The notes under the pieces are model-generated. The model was not told where the DNA came from and made no database searches. It was given only the letters and a program-made list of their open reading frames with translations. From positions 575-64,574 of the forward strand of contig JAAYKE010000028.1 in the NCBI GenBank assembly GCA_012522575.1: a stretch of DNA of 64,000 nt, written 5' to 3'. Shown one piece after another: positions 56,067 to 64,000 of the stretch (positions are counted from its first letter, which is position 1; every line of letters starts with the position of its first letter). This stretch comes from Armatimonadota bacterium. Its GTDB lineage: Bacteria; Armatimonadota; UBA5829. The translations under genes and the position numbers were made by a program.

Positions 56067-57302
56067 CTATTCGAACTTCTTATATATGAGCGTAGCATTC
56101 TGACCGCCGAAACCGAAGGAGTTATTCATCGCATATTCGACCTTCGCCTCCCGCGCTTCATTGGGCACCAGGTCCAGATCACATTCGTCGTCTGGCTCCA
56201 CAAGGTTACGAGTCGGCGGAACGATTCCCTCGTTGATCGCCTTGATACAGACAATGCTTTCGACGGCTCCGGCAGCTCCCAGCAGGTGGCCATGCATAGA
56301 CTTCGTCGAGCTGACCATCAGCTTGCCCGCAGAGTCTCCAAAGGTCATTTTGATACCCTTGCACTCCTCCGGGTCACCTACCGGCGTAGAAGTGCCGTGG
56401 GCGTTTACATAGTCAATTTTATCCGGGTTGATCTTTGCGCAGGCCAGGGCATTGTTCATAGACCTTGCCGCTCCCCGATAGTCTATCACCACCATATGAT
56501 ATGCGTCGGCAGAGCATCCATATCCGATCAGTTCCGCATAAATACGCGCGCCGCGAGCCTTCGCGTGCTCCATCTCCTCCAAAATGAGAATTCCCGCGCC
56601 TTCGCCCATCACAAACCCGTCTCGATCCTTGTCAAACGGCCTGCTGGCATGTTCGGGATCATCATTGCGTGACGACGTGGCCTTCATGGAGCAGAATCCG
56701 GCGCAGCTCAGCGGCCTGATCGCGGCCTCAGCGCCTCCAACGATCATCGCATCCGCATCGCCTCTGCGAATCATGTGCCAGGCTTCTCCCGTGGAGTGAC
56801 TGGCGGTAGCGCAGGCAGTAACCACGGCCATATTCGGCCCCTTTGCCCCGGTAAGGATAGCCACCATCCCGCTGGCCATATTGGCGATCATCATGGGCAC
56901 AAAAAACGGGCTGACGCGCCGAGGTCCGTTTTTCAGCAGGTTTTGATGCTGCACTTCCCATGTCTCGATGCCGCCGATCCCCGATCCGATAAGCACACCG
57001 ACCCTTGGCCCGTTTTCCTCGGTGATCGACAACCCGCTATCGTCCATTGCGTCCAAAGCTGCCGTGGCTGCATACTGAACAAAAGTATCCATCTGTCGAG
57101 CAGTCTTCGGATTTATGCGTTTTGTGGCATCGAAGCCTCTGACCTCTGCCGCTATCTTCGTGGAGTGCTGTGACGCATCGAAGTGGGTTATTGGCCCAAT
57201 GCCGTTTTTGCCCGCCTTCACCGAAGCCCAGAACTCATCCACGCTATTGCCCAGCGGCGTTATCGCCCCAAGCCCGGTTATAACAACTCTTCTTTCTTGC
57301 AT
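56067..57302 (-). CDS. fabF: 3-oxoacyl-ACP synthase II
   Basis: The KAS II active-site Cys region (AVVTACATASHST) and His/His motifs (NAHGTSTPVGD; MHGHLLGAAG). Confidence 0.95.
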   Translation of the reverse strand: MQERRVVITGLGAITPLGNSVDEFWASVKAGKNGIGPITHFDASQHSTKIAAEVRGFDATKRINPKTARQMDTFVQYAATAALDAMDDSGLSITEENGPRVGVLIGSGIGGIETWEVQHQNLLKNGPRRVSPFFVPMMIANMASGMVAILTGAKGPNMAVVTACATASHSTGEAWHMIRRGDADAMIVGGAEAAIRPLSCAGFCSMKATSSRNDDPEHASRPFDKDRDGFVMGEGAGILILEEMEHAKARGARIYAELIGYGCSADAYHMVVIDYRGAARSMNNALACAKINPDKIDYVNAHGTSTPVGDPEECKGIKMTFGDSAGKLMVSSTKSMHGHLLGAAGAVESIVCIKAINEGIVPPTRNLVEPDDECDLDLVPNEAREAKVEYAMNNSFGFGGQNATLIYKKFE

Positions 57303-57435
57303 TAACCCCTACCTAGCCCAAAGGTTCAAAGACCTTACAGGCCTTTGAACCTCTGAAACGACGCTTTACGAGATGTGGAATTATAGATTATGAGCAGTAA
57401 GCGCTTGAGCTTGCTTGCACAGATCAAAATCAACC

Positions 57436-57672
57436 TCAGACGACTTTACCTTCAATATAATCCACTGCCTGCTTGACAGTTCGAATCTGCTCGGCGTCCT
57501 CATCCGGGATCTGAATCTCGAACTCGTCCTCAAAACCAATCACGAGGTCCACAACGTCCAATGAATCAGCGCCAAGGTCATCGATGAAGGATGCTTCCTC
57601 AGTGACCTCTGCCTCTTCTCTTTTCAGCCTGTCAACGACCACTTTCTTTACTCTATCCAGAGTAGTAGACAT
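57436..57672 (-). CDS. acpP: Acyl carrier protein
   Basis: The [12 protein letters not shown] phosphopantetheine attachment motif, 78 aa. Confidence 0.95.
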   Translation of the reverse strand: MSTTLDRVKKVVVDRLKREEAEVTEEASFIDDLGADSLDVVDLVIGFEDEFEIQIPDEDAEQIRTVKQAVDYIEGKVV

Positions 57673-57685
57673 ACTATTTGCCTCC

Positions 57686-58435
57686 TCACATTACCATTCC
57701 GCCGTCCACGGCGATTACCTGACCGGTGATATAGCTGGATGCTTCACTGCACAAAAACAGCACCACCTCAGCCACATCTTCCGGGGTTCCGAGCCGCCGC
57801 AGCGGTATCTGCTGTGCGATACCTGCCTTGGCATCCTCGGGCATCTCTTCAGTCATCACGGTCTGTATGAAACCGGGAGCCACAGCGTTTACATTGATCC
57901 CACGCGAACCAAGCTCCTTTGCAGTTGTCTTGGTAAGCGCGATCACACCGCCTTTGGAGGCAGAGTAATTCGCCTGCCCCGCGTTTCCCATAATGCCCAT
58001 CACCGAGGCCATGTTGACTATCTTTCCCTTGCGCTCCCGCATCATCAACCTGGCCGCAGCCTTTGTGCAATTGAACACTCCCTTCAAGTTCGTGTCCAAA
58101 ACCATATCCCAGTCCTGCTCGCTCATACGCACAAGCAGATTGTCTCGCGTGATGCCCGCATTGTTGACTAGTATATCGATTTTGCCAAACCTGTCAACCG
58201 TAGCCTGCAACATCGCATCGACATCTTCCGGATTCGATACACTGCCATACACCGCCAGAGCCTCGCCGCCCATATCGACAACATCTTTGGCAACCGCGTC
58301 GGCAGCCTCCGGCACGAAGTCGGCTATGGCAATCTTTGCGCCTTCTCTGGCAAGCCGCAGGGCGATTGATCGTCCGATGCCCTTGCCGGCTCTTCCGGCG
58401 CCCGTCACCAAAGCTATCTGTCCTTCAAGTAGCAA
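57686..58435 (-). CDS. fabG: 3-oxoacyl-ACP reductase
   Basis: The [14 protein letters not shown] motif and the catalytic YSASK motif. Confidence 0.9.
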   Translation of the reverse strand: MLLEGQIALVTGAGRAGKGIGRSIALRLAREGAKIAIADFVPEAADAVAKDVVDMGGEALAVYGSVSNPEDVDAMLQATVDRFGKIDILVNNAGITRDNLLVRMSEQDWDMVLDTNLKGVFNCTKAAARLMMRERKGKIVNMASVMGIMGNAGQANYSASKGGVIALTKTTAKELGSRGINVNAVAPGFIQTVMTEEMPEDAKAGIAQQIPLRRLGTPEDVAEVVLFLCSEASSYITGQVIAVDGGMVM

Positions 58436-58444
58436 GATTCTCTC

Positions 58445-59032
58445 CTATTCGTTATCAGATACCTTTTTGCGCACGTCATAATTAATAAAATCACTCGCGC
58501 CATCGTAGCTTAGTATCTTTGCCGGCACTCCGCCCACAACAGCGGATTCAGGAACATCCTTTGTAACAACGGCATTCGCGCCAATTACAGCGTTGTCGCC
58601 GACAGTGATCTTCCCTACTATTACTGCGCCTGTGTATATCTGAACCCCATTGCCGATTGTTGGAGATCCCCATCTGTCGCCGCGCCCGGCAAATCCAATA
58701 GTGATTCCCTGTGATATATTACACTTCTCCCCTATTTTAACGCCATCGCCGATTATAATGCCGCCAAAATGGCCGATATACAATCCTTTGCCGATATCAG
58801 TCGAACAAGGCAAGTCGATACCGGTGCACATTTGAATCCACTTGTGCCAGAACAGCCCGAACAACTTCATCAGTTGTCTAACCACGGGGATGCGAACTTT
58901 CAAATGCACCCATCGATTATATCTGTATTCCGCCGTCGCCCATAGCCCCTGTGTCAGAAGAAGCAGTTTCAGCTTGGATTGTCCGCTGTAAGCCACATAT
59001 CGATCAATATCAGCTTTGAAATTGTCGAACAT
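58445..59032 (-). CDS. Left-handed beta-helix (hexapeptide-repeat) O-acetyltransferase, serine acetyltransferase/WcaB-like, inserted between fabD and fabG
   Basis: Hexapeptide repeats IGKGLYIGHFGGIIIGDGVKIGEKCNISQGITIG...VQIYTGAVIVGKITVGDNAVIGANAVVTKDVPESAVVGGVPAK. Confidence 0.75.
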   Translation of the reverse strand: MFDNFKADIDRYVAYSGQSKLKLLLLTQGLWATAEYRYNRWVHLKVRIPVVRQLMKLFGLFWHKWIQMCTGIDLPCSTDIGKGLYIGHFGGIIIGDGVKIGEKCNISQGITIGFAGRGDRWGSPTIGNGVQIYTGAVIVGKITVGDNAVIGANAVVTKDVPESAVVGGVPAKILSYDGASDFINYDVRKKVSDNE

Positions 59033-59053
59033 TGCCGTTCATCTACTTTCGAC

Positions 59054-59992
59054 TTAACCAAGCGACTCAACAGACGCCAAATCTCCGACAGAGGCAATCT
59101 CCGCGCCCGGAGCGATCCTTTTAATAAGTCCCGCCAGCACGTTTCCCGGTCCCAATTCTATAAAGCCTTCGGCCCCTGCGTCAAGCATCCTCTGCACCGA
59201 CTCCACCCATCGCACACTGCCGGTGATCTGCCTGGCCAGGTTATCCCTGACCTCATCGGCGCGAGTCTCAAAGTCAGCAGTGTAGTTGGCTGCGACAGGT
59301 ATTGTCAAATCATTGACTGGAGCCGCGTTGAGCGCCTTCAGCAGCAAATCTGCCGCGCTTTGCATTAATGGCGAATGGAACGCGCCGCTTACGTTTAGCG
59401 GCACAACCCGCCTGGCTCCCATTTCAGATGCAATCTCCGAGGCTTTTTTGACGGCGGCCGCTTCTCCGGATATGACAGTCTGGATCGGACTATTGAAGTT
59501 CGCCGCGCATACGACCCCTGCGCCGGAAGCCTTAGAGACGGCCTCTTCCACCTGATCTGCGCTCAAGCCCAATATGGCGGCCATCGCTCCCGGATTGGCA
59601 TCTGCGGCTTCCTGCATCAAACCTGCGCGACTGCGAACCAGCCCAAGCCCTTCCTCCAGCGTAAACGCGCCGGCAGCATACAAAGCCGCATATTCTCCAA
59701 TGCTGTGACCGGCCGCAAAAGCAGGGATCACTCCTTTGCTTTTTACTACTTCATAAGCGGCCACGGCGGATGTAAATAGCGCGGGCTGAGTGTGAATCGT
59801 CTGCTTGAGGTCATCTTCCGGCCCATTGAAACAAAGCTCCGAAAGCGAATATCCAAGCACAGCATCCGCACGCTTGAAAACATCATCTGCAACCCGATAA
59901 TTCTCCGCAAGCTCTCTGCCCATCCCAACGTGCTGAGAACCCTGACCCGGAAATACAAAAGCGATCTTTCTATTTGCAAACTGCTCGGTCAT
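59054..59992 (-). CDS. fabD: Malonyl-CoA:ACP transacylase
   Basis: MTEQFANRKIAFVFPGQGSQHVGM and the active-site GHSIGEY motif. The ORF-track N-terminal extension was rejected (it has no RBS and overlaps fabH). Confidence 0.9.
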   Translation of the reverse strand: MTEQFANRKIAFVFPGQGSQHVGMGRELAENYRVADDVFKRADAVLGYSLSELCFNGPEDDLKQTIHTQPALFTSAVAAYEVVKSKGVIPAFAAGHSIGEYAALYAAGAFTLEEGLGLVRSRAGLMQEAADANPGAMAAILGLSADQVEEAVSKASGAGVVCAANFNSPIQTVISGEAAAVKKASEIASEMGARRVVPLNVSGAFHSPLMQSAADLLLKALNAAPVNDLTIPVAANYTADFETRADEVRDNLARQITGSVRWVESVQRMLDAGAEGFIELGPGNVLAGLIKRIAPGAEIASVGDLASVESLG

Positions 59993-59997
59993 ATTTC

Positions 59998-60993
59998 TCA
60001 ATAAACCCACTTCATAAGACTTGCAGCCCACGTCAAGCCGCCGCCAAAGCCGACCAGCACCACCGTATCGCCTTTCTTGACCTTGCCTGCCTGCACCGCC
60101 TCGTCCAAAGCCAGCGGGATGGATGCGGCGGATGTGTTGCCGCATTTTTCAAGATTGGTGAAAAACTTCTCCGGTGGCAGCCCCAGCCTGTTCACGGCGG
60201 AGTCAATTATGCGGATGTTGGCAGCGTGAGGGATCACCATATCAATATCATCAGTCGTCAGGCCGGCCTTTGTCAAGACGTGCTCAATCGCATCGCTTTG
60301 CACCTTAACGGCAAACTTAAAGACCTCTCGCCCGGCCATCACCACTTTATTGGCATGTTCGTCGAGGTTTTCATGCGTAACCGGCATCTTGCTTCCGCCA
60401 GCCGGTATTTTAAGCGCATCAACTCCGGTACCATCGGCTCCCAAATCAAAGGATATCATTCCCGTGCCGGATTCCACTGGCCCAACTATCGCTGCGCCGG
60501 CTCCGTCTCCGAAAAGAACGCAGGTGCCTCTGTCGGTCCAGTTGGTGACGCTGCTCAATAGCTCCACCCCTATTACAAGAATGCGGTTATAGACCCCGCT
60601 TCTTATAAATACGTCAGCCATCGCAAGTGAGTATACAAACCCCGAACACGCAGCGGCAACATCGAAAGCAGGGGTTCCCACGCACCCGAGCGCACTCTGC
60701 ACCAAGCACGCAGTGGATGGCAATTGCTGATCCCCGGTGAATGTAGCCACAATAATCAAGTCCAGGTCATCTGGCTCTAACTTAGCCCTTTCGAGCGCGA
60801 GCCGGGCGGCCTTTACGGCATAATCCGAACAGCCCTCTCCCTCGGCGGCTATGCGTCGCTCTCGAACTCCGGTCATACTGCGAATCCATTCGTCCGACGT
60901 ATCGACCATCTTTTCGAGATCGGCGTTTGTCAGAACCCTGTCAGGCAAGGCGGAACCCATACTGATAATGCCTGCGTTTCTCAACTCACTCAT
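59998..60993 (-). CDS. fabH: 3-oxoacyl-ACP synthase III
   Basis: The active-site AAACSGFVYSL motif and a C-terminal HAANIRII...CGNTSAASIP motif. Confidence 0.9.
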   Translation of the reverse strand: MSELRNAGIISMGSALPDRVLTNADLEKMVDTSDEWIRSMTGVRERRIAAEGEGCSDYAVKAARLALERAKLEPDDLDLIIVATFTGDQQLPSTACLVQSALGCVGTPAFDVAAACSGFVYSLAMADVFIRSGVYNRILVIGVELLSSVTNWTDRGTCVLFGDGAGAAIVGPVESGTGMISFDLGADGTGVDALKIPAGGSKMPVTHENLDEHANKVVMAGREVFKFAVKVQSDAIEHVLTKAGLTTDDIDMVIPHAANIRIIDSAVNRLGLPPEKFFTNLEKCGNTSAASIPLALDEAVQAGKVKKGDTVVLVGFGGGLTWAASLMKWVY

Positions 60994-61094
60994 TGCATTT
61001 GTCCTTAACGATATGATCCTTATATATGAAGCTTGATGAATAAAGCCCTACACCAACAAGAACATAGAGCCTGAGAAGCATTCGCTATGAAGCA

Positions 61095-62108
61095 TCAGGC
61101 TTCCTTCCCGGCGACGGCTTCGTTCGGCGCTGCCAGCGAATCTCGAATGGCGCTTACCACTCCTCTGCTAGCAGCTTCCTTGGCCGCACGCACGGCATTG
61201 GATATCGCTCTGGCCTTGGATCGACCGTGGCAGATAATGCACATTCCATTCAACCCAAGCAGCGGCGCTCCGCCATATTCGCTGTAGTCGAGATTCTTCT
61301 TAATTCGTCCCAAAAACGGTTTAAGCATTGCAAGAGGGATATAGGCGAGGGGATGGGCGTGCAGCTCCTCTTTAATCAGTCTTTCTATATAGCCTGCCAG
61401 CCCTTCGGCAGTCTTCAGAGCCACATTCCCCGCAAACCCATCGCACACCACCACATCCGTTCGACCGGAAAACAGGTCGCAACCCTCGACATTGCCAATG
61501 AAATTCAGCGATGTCGAGCTTATGGCCTCATGAGCGGCCTTAATAACGTCGTTGCCCTTGGATTTTTCCTCTCCTACCGACAGCAACCCCACGCGCGGAT
61601 TGGCTATCGACAGGACCTTGTCCGCATAAATACTGCCCATAACGGCAAACTGTCTAAGGTTCTCCGAAGAGCAGTTCACTACCGCTCCCGCGTCCAGCAT
61701 CACGGTTCCGCCGCCCGGACTTGGCATAACGCTGGCGATGGCAGGGCGGTCTATTCCCGCAATGCGGCCCAGTCGAAGAGCCGCGACGGCCATCGCCGCT
61801 GCGGTATTGCCTGCACACACCATCGCATCAGCTTTGTTTTCCTTAACAAGCGATGCCGTAACCACAACGGAGGCATCCTTGCGCGTGCGAATGGCGGAAG
61901 CATGTTCGTCCATGCCGATTATCTCGGAGGCGTGCTTAATCTCGACCCTGCTCGATCGGCTGAGATCAGGCGGCAAACAGGATTTGATCCTGGCCTCATC
62001 TCCGACCAGGATCACATCAACGCCGTGATTCTTACTGCCGAGAGCAGCGCCCTTCACTATCTCGGAAGGCGCATAGTCACCGCCCATCGCATCGACGGCT
62101 ATAATCAT
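61095..62108 (-). CDS. plsX: Phosphate:acyl-ACP acyltransferase
   Basis: MIIAVDAMGGDYAP...SMPSPGG..., 337 aa, in the conserved position between rpmF and fabH. Confidence 0.9.
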   Translation of the reverse strand: MIIAVDAMGGDYAPSEIVKGAALGSKNHGVDVILVGDEARIKSCLPPDLSRSSRVEIKHASEIIGMDEHASAIRTRKDASVVVTASLVKENKADAMVCAGNTAAAMAVAALRLGRIAGIDRPAIASVMPSPGGGTVMLDAGAVVNCSSENLRQFAVMGSIYADKVLSIANPRVGLLSVGEEKSKGNDVIKAAHEAISSTSLNFIGNVEGCDLFSGRTDVVVCDGFAGNVALKTAEGLAGYIERLIKEELHAHPLAYIPLAMLKPFLGRIKKNLDYSEYGGAPLLGLNGMCIICHGRSKARAISNAVRAAKEAASRGVVSAIRDSLAAPNEAVAGKEA

Positions 62109-62142
62109 CCCTGAGCTACCTCAGCGTCGTGCGGCGACAATG

Positions 62143-62343
62143 TTAATCGGTTCCCTTCTTATGCTTCTCTTTGACTGAGACCACAAGGCGGCCTTTATAG
62201 TAGCCGCAGGATGGGCAGGCATGATGAGAAAGCGCCGGTGCGTGGCAGCGAGGACATTCAGAAACTCCCGGCAAGCTCAGCTTATAATGAGTCCGGCGAA
62301 GTCGCGTCCTCTGATTAGAGTGTCGTCTTTTTGGTAAAGGCAT
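62143..62343 (-). CDS. rpmF: 50S ribosomal protein L32 (zinc-ribbon form)
   Basis: PKRRHSNQRTRLRRTHYKL...CPRCHAPALSHHACPSCGYYKGRLV. Confidence 0.85.
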   Translation of the reverse strand: MPLPKRRHSNQRTRLRRTHYKLSLPGVSECPRCHAPALSHHACPSCGYYKGRLVVSVKEKHKKGTD

Positions 62344-62413
62344 TTAGTTCTCCTGATCGGAAGCAAGAAGCCGACAATCGGAAACTGCTCAACGCAGCTC
62401 TTGGCTCGCAGCT

Positions 62414-62959
62414 CTAACTTTCCAGTTCATCTTTGAACAACGATCTCAATGCTCCAAACGGCGACTCGTCTGGTTCAACCGTGCAGTCACATGATCCGTC
62501 GTTCAGATTTTTACCGCACTGCGGACAAAGGCCCTTGCAGACCTCATCGCACAGCGGCTTTATTGGCACATTGACCAGTATAGACTGTCGCAAATACTCG
62601 TCAAGATCGAAAACATTATCCACAAACAGCGGCTCAGCCTCTTCATCGGGCGTTTCATCGTCCACCGATTCACTGACAGTCGGCGCCCAGGGCTGGCCTT
62701 CCAACGGCAGAGCTTCCTCGACATCCGACTCAACCGGCATCCTGTAGGCTTTCAAGCACCTGCCGCATTCAAGTTCGACCACGGTTTGAAATTTGCCGCG
62801 AACATCGATAGTCTGGCCGGTATTGCTGAATGCAACCTCCCCGGTTACAGGCTCAACGCACTTTAAGCCGCTTTCATCATCGACTATCGGGCCTTCATTC
62901 AAACTATATTTGATGCGCTTGCCCAGGTGGGCAGCGATTTCGCCAAGGTCCAGCCTCAT
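62414..62959 (-). CDS. yceD: DUF177/YceD family protein
   Basis: 181 aa with paired CxxC motifs (CGRCL...; CPQCGKNLNDGSCDC) and an acidic C-terminus, in the conserved position upstream of rpmF-plsX. Confidence 0.85.
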   Translation of the reverse strand: MRLDLGEIAAHLGKRIKYSLNEGPIVDDESGLKCVEPVTGEVAFSNTGQTIDVRGKFQTVVELECGRCLKAYRMPVESDVEEALPLEGQPWAPTVSESVDDETPDEEAEPLFVDNVFDLDEYLRQSILVNVPIKPLCDEVCKGLCPQCGKNLNDGSCDCTVEPDESPFGALRSLFKDELES

Positions 62960-63138
62960 ATCTCACCCCCACACCGAGTCATACTCATCAAGCGTCTGCC
63001 CATTTTACCACAAACCCCGAAGTACGTAAAAGCCTCCGGAACCGCAATAACTCTTTGAGCCGTCGCCAAGCGTGTTTTTGTAGCGCAAACAACGAAATAT
63101 CCGCCTCATAAACCCGATATGCAGATTATTTACGTCGT

Positions 63139-64000
63139 CTATTGCCCGTTATTTAACAGTTCAACGGTCTCTCTGGCAATCATTCGCTCTTCATTAGTGG
63201 GAATCAAATATATCCTAGTCGCGGCCGACGGATCGCTTATATCCGCAGGGCCGCGCAGGGTTTTGTTCTTTTCCTCGTCTATCTTTATTCCCAAAAACTC
63301 CAGGCCCTTGCAGACGCGCTCTCTGACTTCGCAACTGTTTTCGCCAATGCCGCCTGTGAACACAATGGCGTCGAGGCCGCCCAGAGCCGTCGAATATGCG
63401 CCGATATATTTCCTGATCCTGTAGCAGAACAGCTCCAGAGCCAGCCTGGCCCTGTAGTTGCCCTCACTGGTCGCCTTTTCTATATCGCGCATATCGCTCG
63501 ATACACCGCTCACGCCCAGCAGGCCGCTCTTCTTGTTGATAATGTCGTCAATCTCATTGGGTATGGCGCGCAACTCCTTGGCAAGAAATACCAATATGGC
63601 AGGGTCGAGATCCCCGGCGCGGGTACCCATTACCAGACCCTCAGCGGGAGTCATTCCCATGCTGGTGTCGACGACTTTGCCTCCGAGCACAGCGGCCAGA
63701 CTGCTGCCGTTACCGAGGTGACAGGTGATGATCCGCGTCTTATCCGGCTCCAATCCCTGCTCCGCAAGCTTTTTCTGAGCCTGCCTGGTTACATATTTGT
63801 GCGAAGTGCCATGAAAACCATATCTCCGCACGCCGTATTTCTCATAAAATTTGTAGGGCAGGGCGTAGATGTAGGCATAGTCCGGGATAGTCGAGTGATA
63901 GGCCGTATCAAAAATCGCAACCTGCGGCACATTCGGCATCTTATGCATGCACGCGCGTATTCCCTTGACATTTGCCGGGTTATGCAGCGGAGCCAGTTGG
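63139..64000 (-). CDS. ackA: Acetate kinase, C-terminal ~285 codons (5' end beyond the window)
   Basis: ...VAIFDTAYHSTIPDYAYIYALPY...RRYGFHGTSHKYV...IVFTGGIGENS...IPTNEERMIARETVELL matches AckA. The reading frame stays open to the window edge. Confidence 0.85.
   Translation of the reverse strand, partial: QLAPLHNPANVKGIRACMHKMPNVPQVAIFDTAYHSTIPDYAYIYALPYKFYEKYGVRRYGFHGTSHKYVTRQAQKKLAEQGLEPDKTRIITCHLGNGSSLAAVLGGKVVDTSMGMTPAEGLVMGTRAGDLDPAILVFLAKELRAIPNEIDDIINKKSGLLGVSGVSSDMRDIEKATSEGNYRARLALELFCYRIRKYIGAYSTALGGLDAIVFTGGIGENSCEVRERVCKGLEFLGIKIDEEKNKTLRGPADISDPSAATRIYLIPTNEERMIARETVELLNNGQ

Noticed and set aside
59993-60145. N-terminal extension of the fabD ORF (MRQHIRR...)
   Set aside because: The extension overlaps the 3' end of fabH, lacks an RBS and is Arg/Gly-rich. 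The canonical MTEQFANRKIAFVFPGQGSQ start at 59992 matches FabD N-termini.
61227-62114. 295-aa plus-strand ORF
   Set aside because: It is antisense to plsX.
63789-63971. 60-aa minus-strand ORF at the window edge
   Set aside because: It sits in an alternative frame inside ackA.

Overview
This is a 64-kb bacterial chromosomal segment, moderately GC-rich and densely coding, with about 55 supported genes. No rRNA, tRNA, CRISPR, transposase or phage genes were found by eye. The housekeeping backbone is: thrS-infC-rpmI-rplT-pheS-pheT; xerD-deoB; serS; a yceD-rpmF-plsX-fabH-fabD-(hexapeptide acyltransferase)-fabG-acpP-fabF fatty-acid cluster; a class-I aminotransferase; rnc; a methionine-salvage/purine-salvage trio mtnP-mtnA-apt; ackA, cut by the window edge; galE; a PiT/DUF47 phosphate module; pgm/pmm; and a xylB/ROK-kinase sugar cluster. 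Accessory-looking content is: an ECF sigma/anti-sigma pair; a stand-alone fliG with no flagellar neighbours; two tandem HD-GYP phosphodiesterases, the first with a polytopic N-terminal membrane domain and a C-terminal zinc ribbon; a GT39 glycosyltransferase; a solitary [FeFe]-hydrogenase catalytic subunit whose H-cluster motifs are non-canonical (TSCSS and MCC instead of TSCCP and MPC); and a roughly 10-kb block encoding two giant secreted multidomain peptidoglycan-amidase proteins of 1437 and 1795 aa. These two share a C-terminal OB-fold-like module, and the second carries ten tandem ~90-aa repeats, which at DNA level form a ~270-bp-period array. Other accessory items are a PEP-CTERM-like protein, an orphan HEPN protein, an ABC-2 exporter cluster, a secreted glycoside hydrolase, and a dispersed hairpin-containing intergenic repeat present at 22.5-22.9 kb and again at 41.4-41.6 kb. 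Several intrinsic terminators and near-consensus sigma-70 promoters are visible. All homology calls rest on motif recognition by eye, not on database searches.
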